DNA of 64,000 nucleotides, from NCBI GenBank assembly GCA_002716045.1, contig PAZC01000020.1, positions 165,220 through 229,219 on the forward strand, read 5' to 3'. A program made the translations under genes and the position numbers. Positions 29,219-37,365 of this stretch are shown piece by piece; position 1 is the stretch's first letter; each line of letters opens with the position of its first letter. The stretch is from Opitutia bacterium (GTDB taxonomy: Bacteria; Verrucomicrobiota; Verrucomicrobiia; Opitutales; Seribacteraceae). The notes under the pieces were generated by a model. That model had not been told where the DNA came from, did no database searches, and worked only from the letters and a program-made list of their open reading frames with translations.

Positions 29219-32098
29219 ATGACACCCTTTCGTCTCGTATTGAACGGATTACTTTTCGCCAGTTTTTCGGCGACTGCCTCTCTGGGGAAAAAGCCTGCAT
29301 TGGGATTTCCCGGGGACCGGCCAGATCCGTTGAACGTTCACGCCCTCGTCGGAGGCAAGGTGGTGACGAAACCCGGAGAGATCTTGAAAAAGGCGACCAT
29401 TCTGGTGCGCGACGGACGAATTGAAACCGTGGGGGAAAAGGTTAAAATCCCCAAGGATGCTCGCGTGTGGAACTTGGAAGGGAAAACGGTCTACGCTGGA
29501 TTTGTCGATGCCTACCTGACCCTCGGTGAAAATCGAGGAAAAGCTCTACACCTTGGTCACGAAGCCCATATTGAGGCAACGGCTTCACTTTCCTTCCGCG
29601 GAGTACCCAAGGTAGCGGACGACCCAGGAAACAAAGGGCCCGGTCACGAGATTGACCGTGTAACGCCTCAGAATCGGGTAGTGAAAACCCACGCCCCCAA
29701 GGAGGATGCGCTCAAGCAGTTCAGGGAAATCGGGTTTACCGCGGGCAACGTAGCTCCAGGGAAAGGCATATTCCGCGGTACCAGCGCCTTGGCTCTTCTC
29801 AAGGAAGGCGATCCCAACCACATGATATTGATCCCGGACGTCGCGCAATGTATCTCCTTTGATCCCAGTGACCACGACAATGGCTATCCCCATTCCCTGA
29901 TGGGCGTGATAGCGGTCGTTCGACAAACCTTTCTGGCAGCGCGTCATCAGGCGACCTTCAAGGCATATCTCGCAAAGCATCCGGAGGAAACCTCTCGCCC
30001 CGAATTCAATCCTTCGCTCGACGCCCTCCAATCAACTATTTCAAAGAAAGACGCCATGCCAGTGATTTTCGAGCCTGGCAGTGCCTTGATGATGCACCGA
30101 GCAGGTGTAATAGCCCGGGAAATGAACCTTTTGCCGATCCTTGTAGCCAGCGGCCAAGAGTGGCGCAGACCCGACTTGGCAAAAGCAGCAGCCTCCGCGT
30201 ATATCGTGCCAGTGGATTTCCCATCGATTTCCAAAATGCCCAATGAAGACGACTGGGATCAAGTCCCGTTGGATCAATTGCGGGCTTGGGACTGGGCTCC
30301 GGAAAACCCTATCTTGCTCAATCGAGAAAACAAACAAGTCGCGCTCAGCACTCATGGCCTGTCTAACCTGAACGACTTCCGGAAAAACCTTCGCAAGAGC
30401 CTGGATCGGGGCTTGCCGGAAGAAGACGCCCTTGCCTCCTTGACCACCATCCCTGCAAAAATGTGCGGGGCCGCCAATTTGTTGGGAGAAATCGCCAAAG
30501 GCAAACTAGCTAACTTCGTCGTGGTGGACGGGAACTACTTCGACCCCAAGGCAGAGATCACTGCCACTTGGGTCGAAGGCAAACGCTACCCTAACCGCTC
30601 ACTGGAATCCAAGGAAGAGGAGAAGAACGCAGAAAAGAAGGAGGAGAAGGCAGAAAAAAAACCCGAGAAGGAAAAGAAGCCAATAACCGAGTTGAAGGCC
30701 CGCGCTCCATCGGATCTACGCAAACCCTTGGCCGCTCCCCCGGCGGTGCTTTTTAAAGGAGCCACCCTATGGACCTGCGGCCCCAAAGGAATTCTCAAAG
30801 AAGCGGACGTACTGGTATTAGGCGGCAAAATTGTTCGGGTGGGTCAAAACCTGAAACCACCGCAAGGCACGAAAACAAGAATCGTTGAAGCAAAAGGCAA
30901 GCACCTCACACCGGGAATCATCGACTGCCACAGCCACTCCATGATACTTGGAAAAGTAAATGAGGCCACCCTGCCCTCTTCAGCTATGGTTCGCATTGCG
31001 GACGTGGTGAATTCGGAAAGCGAGAACGTGTTCCGCCAATTGGCCGGTGGTGTGACCGCCGCAAACCTACTTCATGGCTCTGCCAACCCCATCGGCGGAC
31101 AAAACGCTGTGATTAAGCTCCGGCATGGCCAATCGCCAGAGGGCATGCTCTTCGCGGAAGCCCCGTCAGGCATCAAGTTCGCCTTGGGCGAGAACGTAAA
31201 GCAATCGAACTGGAGTGAAAAGCACAGGACCCGGTTCCCACAAAGCCGCATGGGAGTAAAGACCTTCTTTGCCAATCGATTCACAGCGGCAAATAGATAC
31301 CTTGCCGAAAGAAAATTATACGCCGAAGGCAAAGGGCTGCCAGTCAGCCGAAATCTCGAGCTAGAAGCCATTGGTGAAATCATTCGAGGCAAACGTCTCA
31401 TCCATTGCCACTCCTATCGCCAAGACGAAATCCTTGTCCTTCTTCGGCTGATGGAAAGCTTCGGTGTGAAAATCGGCACCTTTCAGCATGTGCTTGAAGG
31501 CTACAAGGTGGCCGATGAAATTGCCGCCCACGGAGCCGGCGGTTCTGCTTTCGCCGATTGGTGGGCATACAAGTTCGAGGTCTACGACGCCATACCGTAC
31601 GCGGGTGCAATCATGCATGAACGAGGCGTCACAGTAAGCTTTAACTCAGACTCCTCGGATCATGCTCGCAGACTCAACCTGGAAGCTGCAAAAGCCGTTA
31701 AATACGGCGGTGTGAGCGAAGAGGAGGCTCTCAAATTCGTCACCCTAAATCCCGCCAAGCAACTAGGCGTCGACAAGTGGACCGGTTCCATCGTGGAAGG
31801 CAAACATGCTGATCTTGCACTGTGGTCAGGCAATCCACTTCACTTTGCTTCTGCCTGCGAGCAGACTTGGATTGATGGCACACTCTACTACCATCGTGAT
31901 GAAGCTCCAGCCAGAGCGGAAAGCCTGCACGAAGAACGGGTTGCTTTGCTCGAGAAAGCCAAGGCTGTCTTGGGAAGTGGCGCCAGCAAAGACGCATCCC
32001 AAGCTTCCAAGGATGCGTTTTTTCGCAGAGCCATCGAGTTTGCAAGCTCACTGAACGTTCACTCCTGCAGAAACCACGCTCACCATCATCACCACTGA
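29219..32098 (+). CDS. Secreted two-module amidohydrolase family protein (959 aa)
   Basis: Signal peptide. The N-terminal amidohydrolase-like module has a degenerate metal motif (GFVDAYLTLG, 29498-29533). A Lys/Glu-rich linker follows. The C-terminal module has an intact HxH motif (PGIIDCHSHSM, 30911-30943). The C-terminus is HAHHHHH. Confidence 0.8.
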   Translation: MTPFRLVLNGLLFASFSATASLGKKPALGFPGDRPDPLNVHALVGGKVVTKPGEILKKATILVRDGRIETVGEKVKIPKDARVWNLEGKTVYAGFVDAYLTLGENRGKALHLGHEAHIEATASLSFRGVPKVADDPGNKGPGHEIDRVTPQNRVVKTHAPKEDALKQFREIGFTAGNVAPGKGIFRGTSALALLKEGDPNHMILIPDVAQCISFDPSDHDNGYPHSLMGVIAVVRQTFLAARHQATFKAYLAKHPEETSRPEFNPSLDALQSTISKKDAMPVIFEPGSALMMHRAGVIAREMNLLPILVASGQEWRRPDLAKAAASAYIVPVDFPSISKMPNEDDWDQVPLDQLRAWDWAPENPILLNRENKQVALSTHGLSNLNDFRKNLRKSLDRGLPEEDALASLTTIPAKMCGAANLLGEIAKGKLANFVVVDGNYFDPKAEITATWVEGKRYPNRSLESKEEEKNAEKKEEKAEKKPEKEKKPITELKARAPSDLRKPLAAPPAVLFKGATLWTCGPKGILKEADVLVLGGKIVRVGQNLKPPQGTKTRIVEAKGKHLTPGIIDCHSHSMILGKVNEATLPSSAMVRIADVVNSESENVFRQLAGGVTAANLLHGSANPIGGQNAVIKLRHGQSPEGMLFAEAPSGIKFALGENVKQSNWSEKHRTRFPQSRMGVKTFFANRFTAANRYLAERKLYAEGKGLPVSRNLELEAIGEIIRGKRLIHCHSYRQDEILVLLRLMESFGVKIGTFQHVLEGYKVADEIAAHGAGGSAFADWWAYKFEVYDAIPYAGAIMHERGVTVSFNSDSSDHARRLNLEAAKAVKYGGVSEEEALKFVTLNPAKQLGVDKWTGSIVEGKHADLALWSGNPLHFASACEQTWIDGTLYYHRDEAPARAESLHEERVALLEKAKAVLGSGASKDASQASKDAFFRRAIEFASSLNVHSCRNHAHHHHH

Positions 32099-33390
32099 TG
32101 AAACCAGTTTCGATCACTCTACTCGCGCTCCTTGCGATCTCGGCCTCGGCTGAGACTGTCTTGTACAAGGCAGCTAGCGTGCATCAAGTTTCAGGCCCTA
32201 CTATTTCTCCGGGTCAAATGTTGGTGAAAGACAGCCGGATCGTATCGGTGGGAAAGCAGGTCAAGGCACCCAAGGGCACGAAAGTGGTAGATCTAGCCAA
32301 ACTCGACCTATATCCCGGACTGATAGCCGCACCCACCTCCCTGGGGCTAACCGAAATTAACGCCGTGCGGGCAACAAGAGATGACAGTGAAGTGGGCGAT
32401 TACACCCCGGACGTGGACGCATGGGTTGCGGTCAACCCAGATTCGGAGTTGATACCTGTAGCTCGGGCCAATGGAATTGCCCATGCATTGGTAATCCCAA
32501 TGGGCGGGCGAATTCCTGGCATCTCAGGTTTGGTTCGACTGCAAGGCTGGGGAGTGGAAGACATGACTGTGGGAAAGGCATCTTGCCTGCATATCTGGTG
32601 GCCGGGCATGAGTCTCGATGCTCGCCCAAAGGAGCAATTGTCCGACCCCTCCAAACGCAAATCACTCGACGAGCAAGACAAGGCCCGCCGACTTCAGGTG
32701 ACTTACCTGGACGAGTTCTTCGACGACGCCGAGGCATATGCCAAGGCAAAGGCCTCCAAGGAAAAGGGATTCTCCGTTGTGCCGGCATGGGAGGCCATGT
32801 TGCCAATCCTGAAAAAGGATATTCCCATAATGATACATGCAGATGAAAACCGCCAAATAAAAACCGCGTTGGCATGGGCCAAGCGCCGAGATTACAAGGT
32901 CATTCTGTCGGGGGGGCGGGATGCTTGGAAAGTAGCGGAACAATTGGCTGGGGAAAAGATCCCCCTGATCTACCATCATGTCTTCTCACTACCCGCTCAA
33001 AACCACCTGCCTCACGATACGAACTTTCGGGCGCCGGGCTTGTTGGTGAAAGCAGGAGTCAAACTAGCCATTGGCTTGCGGCCCGGTTCATGGAGCGCAT
33101 CCAATCTACGCAATCTCCCCTACCATGCGGCCCAAGCTGCTGCCAATGGGCTCAGCAAGGAGGAAGCCATTGCATCGATCACCCTGCGTCCCGCTGAAAT
33201 CCTGGGAGTGGCTGATCGACTCGGTTCACTCACGCCCACGAAAGAAGCAACGTTCATCGCCGTGGAAGGCGACTTGCTAGACATTCGTTCGCAAGTAAAG
33301 CGGATGTGGATTGCAGGAAAAGAAGCATCCCTAGAAAGCCGACACGTGCGATTGTACGAAAAATACCGCAATCGTCCAAAGCCGAACTAA
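32098..33390 (+). CDS. Secreted amidohydrolase-fold protein lacking the HxH motif
   Basis: 430 aa with a signal peptide. It has the composite-domain beta-sandwich start (VSGPTISPGQMLVKDSRIVSVG) and the usual C-terminal ...ATFIAVEGDLLDIRSQVKRMWIAGKE. The HxH position reads PGLIAAPTSLG (32314-32346). Its start overlaps the previous stop by 1 nt. Confidence 0.75.
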   Translation: MKPVSITLLALLAISASAETVLYKAASVHQVSGPTISPGQMLVKDSRIVSVGKQVKAPKGTKVVDLAKLDLYPGLIAAPTSLGLTEINAVRATRDDSEVGDYTPDVDAWVAVNPDSELIPVARANGIAHALVIPMGGRIPGISGLVRLQGWGVEDMTVGKASCLHIWWPGMSLDARPKEQLSDPSKRKSLDEQDKARRLQVTYLDEFFDDAEAYAKAKASKEKGFSVVPAWEAMLPILKKDIPIMIHADENRQIKTALAWAKRRDYKVILSGGRDAWKVAEQLAGEKIPLIYHHVFSLPAQNHLPHDTNFRAPGLLVKAGVKLAIGLRPGSWSASNLRNLPYHAAQAAANGLSKEEAIASITLRPAEILGVADRLGSLTPTKEATFIAVEGDLLDIRSQVKRMWIAGKEASLESRHVRLYEKYRNRPKPN

Positions 33391-33419
33391 AGCAAATCCC
33401 CTCGGTTGAATCGCGGGCT

Positions 33420-34199
33420 TCAATCACTGTCGCTCTCGACCTTGAGCTCCGGGATATTGAGTCTCGCCATGGTCTTGACCAACTCTTGCACCTTTTCCTG
33501 GGGCACTGATTTGGAGGCGCGGATCACAACCTTGGTCGGAAAGCGGGAATTCACTTTGTTGGCAATCTCCTCCAAAGGAATCGGTTGGCCACCTATGCGA
33601 ACGCCGCCGAATTGATCCATCTCAACGGTTACTACGATGGCCTTACCGAAATCCTTGAACATCCACTGGTTATTCAAGGTAAAAACGGAAAACACTTTTT
33701 CCACACCATCGTGAAAAGCCACTACATCGTATTCCTTGACTTTCCCTGTCTCCTTTAGAATGAGGTCCCCACGCGTACGTAATATCTTGAGAAGAGCCTC
33801 CTTTTCCTTGGCCGGCAAAGCTTGAATGGCTGGTGTCTTTCTGATTTTGATTCCACCGACCATATATAGGCGCGCGCCATGATAGTTGTATGTGGGATAA
33901 TGCACGTCGCCAATCCAATGAGTGTCATTTTCCTTTATCCTGACTTTTTTATCGAAAATGGTCCGTTTCATCCACATACCAGCCATCAAGCGATTGGATT
34001 TGATGAATGCGTCCCGATCGATCTTCTCGGGAAGCAGGAAAGTCAATGACACTTTCTTGCCAGCCCTCGCATTGGCCTCGATGGTCTTTGGCTGGATTTT
34101 CTTATCGGCGAAACCAACTGCCACCAAAAGGCAGGAGAAAAACAAGACGAGGAAACTGCGACAGGCATTCATGAATATGTCATTGGTTATCCGTTGCAT
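33420..34199 (-). CDS. Hypothetical exported protein with ExbD/TolR-like C-terminal domain
   Basis: N-terminal hydrophobic segment (FLVLFFSCLLVAVGF). The last ~70 aa (AIVVTVEMDQFGGVRIGGQPIPLEEIANKV...KVVIRASKSVPQEKVQELVKTMARLNIPELKVE) follow the ExbD periplasmic-domain pattern. The start is 3 nt after the vWA gene stop. Confidence 0.55.
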   Translation of the reverse strand: MQRITNDIFMNACRSFLVLFFSCLLVAVGFADKKIQPKTIEANARAGKKVSLTFLLPEKIDRDAFIKSNRLMAGMWMKRTIFDKKVRIKENDTHWIGDVHYPTYNYHGARLYMVGGIKIRKTPAIQALPAKEKEALLKILRTRGDLILKETGKVKEYDVVAFHDGVEKVFSVFTLNNQWMFKDFGKAIVVTVEMDQFGGVRIGGQPIPLEEIANKVNSRFPTKVVIRASKSVPQEKVQELVKTMARLNIPELKVESDSD

Positions 34200-34202
34200 G
34201 AA

Positions 34203-35342
34203 TCAGCGCAATCCTTTGCGGGCAGCCTGCGTTTGGATTATTTCGCTGACCTTGGCGTCGAAGCCATCACCTTTGCCCGCTTCGGCAAGTCGCTTTTTCT
34301 CGGCGAGGACAAAGGTCTGGCGCTTCTTCAGCAAATCGTCCAGCTCGGACTGAACTGCGCGGCGCTCAGTAATTTGCTTCTGCAAATGAGCTTCCCTTTC
34401 CTTCTGCGACATCTTCTTCAGGTTCTCCGGAAGTTTCTTCTCATCGACTTCGTCCCAATTGAGCTTCTTTTCCTCAAAAAGGGCAACCAGGTCCTGATCC
34501 CCAGTTATAACCTTGTAGGAAGATGCTCCATCCAGCTTCTGCATGGAATTGAAAGTCACCCGATCCGCAGCTGCCTCAGCGGGAGCCGACAAAGCCAGAG
34601 AATTCTTCTTCAAGGCGCTTTGCTGTTCCCATGCCGAACCATACACACATACAGTGCCCCCCAGTCGGGCATTACATTTCGAGATAGCTTCATCATAGGG
34701 TGAAGTGATGGCAACCACACCTCCGCTTTGCTGGATGGCAACGTACTCACCTTCGGCCAACTGGGCGATCTTCTTCCAAATGGGGGTGGTCGAACTCATC
34801 GTGCCGCACTGGATGGTATTGATGATAAGGTCTTTCTTGACCGCCATTTTACAGACCGCGGGATACTTGACGTCATCTTGGTAATCCATGTGCGGAGGCG
34901 CATCACCAACGAGGAACACCATCTTAAGCACCTTGCGACTCTTGCTCCATGACATTTTCTCGACCGACTCGTGCAATGCTTGGTTGACCGACTCAGGAGT
35001 GTCACCGCCGCCTTGGGCTTGAAACTTCATGAGCTTGCCGTAGATCTCATCGACGTCGTCAGTCAAATCGTGCACTTGGGTCACGTATTGGTCGCCACGG
35101 TCACGGTAACCGATCAAGCCAAACTTGATGTCAGGGACAGGCTTGGTCGAAATCATCTCGTTCGCGATAGACCAAATCTTTTGTTTTGCGCCTTCGATAA
35201 GGCCTCCCATGGAGCCAGTCGTATCGAGTACGAAACAAACCTCGATCTTCGGTTTTTTCTTTGTTTTCGGTTTATTCGGCTTGGCGACTACGGAGCCGAA
35301 GATAAAAGTAAGTGAAAGGATTGCTAGAGTAATATTTTTCAT
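34203..35342 (-). CDS. Secreted von Willebrand factor A (vWA) domain protein with C-terminal coiled coil
   Basis: Signal peptide from the ATG at 35342 (MKNITLAILSLTFIFGSVVA). MIDAS motif CFVLDTTGSMGG. The C-terminal ~90 aa are Lys/Glu-rich and helical. The ORF-track start at 35372 is a TTG. Confidence 0.8.
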   Translation of the reverse strand: MKNITLAILSLTFIFGSVVAKPNKPKTKKKPKIEVCFVLDTTGSMGGLIEGAKQKIWSIANEMISTKPVPDIKFGLIGYRDRGDQYVTQVHDLTDDVDEIYGKLMKFQAQGGGDTPESVNQALHESVEKMSWSKSRKVLKMVFLVGDAPPHMDYQDDVKYPAVCKMAVKKDLIINTIQCGTMSSTTPIWKKIAQLAEGEYVAIQQSGGVVAITSPYDEAISKCNARLGGTVCVYGSAWEQQSALKKNSLALSAPAEAAADRVTFNSMQKLDGASSYKVITGDQDLVALFEEKKLNWDEVDEKKLPENLKKMSQKEREAHLQKQITERRAVQSELDDLLKKRQTFVLAEKKRLAEAGKGDGFDAKVSEIIQTQAARKGLR

Positions 35343-35487
35343 GATTTCAGTCGGTTTGAAGTGCATTGGCAATTCGGTGGGTTCATGTTTCGATTAATGC
35401 GATTCATGTTAGCGCAAAATGAATTTCAGTTGTCATGGAAACGTAAAAGGGACGTCAAACTTTCAACCGAAAACAAGCATGTGAAAT

Positions 35488-35510
35488 CCTGGAACGAACT
35501 TCGTTTCAGG
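35488..35510 (-). terminator. Possible attenuator/terminator hairpin between orphan gene and vWA gene
   Basis: 10-bp stem with one G-U pair (cctggaacga / tcgtttcagg) and a 3-nt loop, 16 nt downstream of the stop at 35526. The following minus-strand sequence (ATTTCACATGCTTGTTT) is only moderately U-rich. Confidence 0.3.
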
Positions 35511-35525
35511 TCGCCAAAAGGCAAA

Positions 35526-37310
35526 TCACTCGTCAGCCAAAGCTTTCCCGATAGCGCCCATCACTTGAGTGATCACGGAAAAATCAAATTCCTTGCGATC
35601 CTCAAAAGCAAGGTCAGGCCAAACAGCGGGTCGCAACTCGAAAGAATCGCCGCCATAACGTATCTTCCCCACTTCCAGGCGCGACGAACCATCCAACTTC
35701 TTCACTAGAATGGAAGCCAATGCACCAGTTTCATGGACTCCCACAGTTACTCGGAGTCCCAAAGCATTGAATCGCTGCAAGGTACGCACGGACAAGTAAG
35801 TGGTCTTGCCTTCCTGCCTGGGTTTCTCGATCCATCCGCCTATGCGACGCACAGAGTGCTCAAGCAAAGTATTCAAGCCAAGAACGGTAGACAAATAAGG
35901 TGAATCCAAAAGATTGGCTCCACTTTTCCTCGCAGCATCAAGAGAAGAGGCAATGGTTGCCCCACCCTGTAAGTTGAATCCCCCGCCCTCTTCACGCTCC
36001 AAAGTGAAATTGGGAGCAGGCACGGGTCCACTGGTGGCAAAGCGCATGATCTTGTCCGCGCCAGCGAGGTAGAGGCCGGAGGACTTGGCATCGGTTCTGT
36101 AGGCAAACTTGACGCTCTCACCCTCACTGACGTGAAGTTGCAAGAGATTCTTGTTGGGAATCATCCCTAGGTAAGCAGTGTAATTGAAAGTTTTCCCTTC
36201 ATCGTCCTTTTTGGAAAAGGAAATCTCCGCATCTAGTCCAGTGGTGTCTTTGCCAAAAGACTTGGAGATGCCCAAAATACTTTGCACCACAAGAGCTCGA
36301 CGTTCGTCCCAACTCCGCACCCCGTCAGCAAAATCGGTTGCGGTTCGAGACCAAGGTTTTGCGCCGGAGGTGGCCTGTACAAGATCCTTCAAGGCATCTT
36401 CGGCTCTAGATTCAGCCCACAAGACCTTGGCCCGCAAGACACGATACTTGGCATCGGATCGAATAGCCTTGGGCAAAGCATCCAAAAGAACAAGGGCTTG
36501 CTTGCCTCCAGAGCCCCAGACAGCTCGTTCCGCGAGTATCTTGACGATCTCTGGCGAGCTGCGCTCCGACTTGGGCAAAGCTGCGGCAAAAAAATCGATA
36601 CAAAATTCAAGTGTCGCAGATTCCTCGTGTTCCAGCAAGGCATGAAGCCTGCGCAACTTCTCGAGATCAGAAAGCTTGTCGTCCAAGGCAATGGCCAGTT
36701 CGGCAAAGTCCTCTTTGTCATTGGCCAAGTCTTCACGAAGTTGTGGCAAAACGGCGTTTTTGAGGGCATCGTCACCAGCTGTTAGCGAATGAAGATAGCA
36801 ACGTAGTTGAAAATCGGCATCATTGAGAAACTCAGCCCCAAATTGACGAAAGCCCGCTTTCACTACCCGACAAAACCTGCCAGCAAACTCCGACTCGCCG
36901 ACAGGACCCTGGATATCAACCAGAAACTCCCTCAGTTCCTTCGCCTCCTCAAAAGTGGAAACCAGATGAGTGGACTGAACGCTCGCGGGATAATCCAAAA
37001 GCAACCGGCGTTTGGCCTCGACCGCAAGTTGCTCATTTTTCAAGGCAGTGGCAATGATGAGCAAGTCATTGGCAACACGAGGGGCGTAGAGTGATTGAGG
37101 GTTGGCCTCTAAAAATGCCAAAGCTTCCTGAACGTAAGCCGCAACTCTCCCTCCTTGCAGATACTCCTCGAACAAGGGTGCCTTGACTTCGACCGCACGG
37201 GAAAAGGGCGAACAGACGAGCAACAACAAGAACAATCCAAGTGGACTCGAACTAAGGGGACTAGACATGCGAACAGAGTAACTTCTTTTAAGGAGATCGA
37301 AAAGTTTCAT
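35526..37310 (-). CDS. Hypothetical exported protein (~590 aa): helical N-half, beta-rich C-half
   Basis: Long ORF with coding-like composition. Candidate ATG starts at 37310 (MKLFDLLKR...) and 37268 both precede a hydrophobic leader (LGLFLLLLVCSPFSRA). The ORF-track start at 37394 overlaps the upstream gene. No motif recognised. Confidence 0.55.
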   Translation of the reverse strand: MKLFDLLKRSYSVRMSSPLSSSPLGLFLLLLVCSPFSRAVEVKAPLFEEYLQGGRVAAYVQEALAFLEANPQSLYAPRVANDLLIIATALKNEQLAVEAKRRLLLDYPASVQSTHLVSTFEEAKELREFLVDIQGPVGESEFAGRFCRVVKAGFRQFGAEFLNDADFQLRCYLHSLTAGDDALKNAVLPQLREDLANDKEDFAELAIALDDKLSDLEKLRRLHALLEHEESATLEFCIDFFAAALPKSERSSPEIVKILAERAVWGSGGKQALVLLDALPKAIRSDAKYRVLRAKVLWAESRAEDALKDLVQATSGAKPWSRTATDFADGVRSWDERRALVVQSILGISKSFGKDTTGLDAEISFSKKDDEGKTFNYTAYLGMIPNKNLLQLHVSEGESVKFAYRTDAKSSGLYLAGADKIMRFATSGPVPAPNFTLEREEGGGFNLQGGATIASSLDAARKSGANLLDSPYLSTVLGLNTLLEHSVRRIGGWIEKPRQEGKTTYLSVRTLQRFNALGLRVTVGVHETGALASILVKKLDGSSRLEVGKIRYGGDSFELRPAVWPDLAFEDRKEFDFSVITQVMGAIGKALADE

Positions 37311-37365
37311 CCATGGATACAGGTTTATCTCTCTGAATCCCACGAAAAAACAAGAATGGGGAAAG

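Noticed and set aside
30605-30679. Purine-rich repetitive DNA (gaagaggagaagaacgcagaaaagaaggaggagaaggcagaaaaaaaa...) that could look like a tandem repeat
   Set aside because: It is in frame within the amidohydrolase gene and encodes a Lys/Glu-rich interdomain linker (KEEEKNAEKKEEKAEKKPEKEKK). The units are imperfect, and there is no spacer/repeat organisation of a CRISPR or regulatory array.
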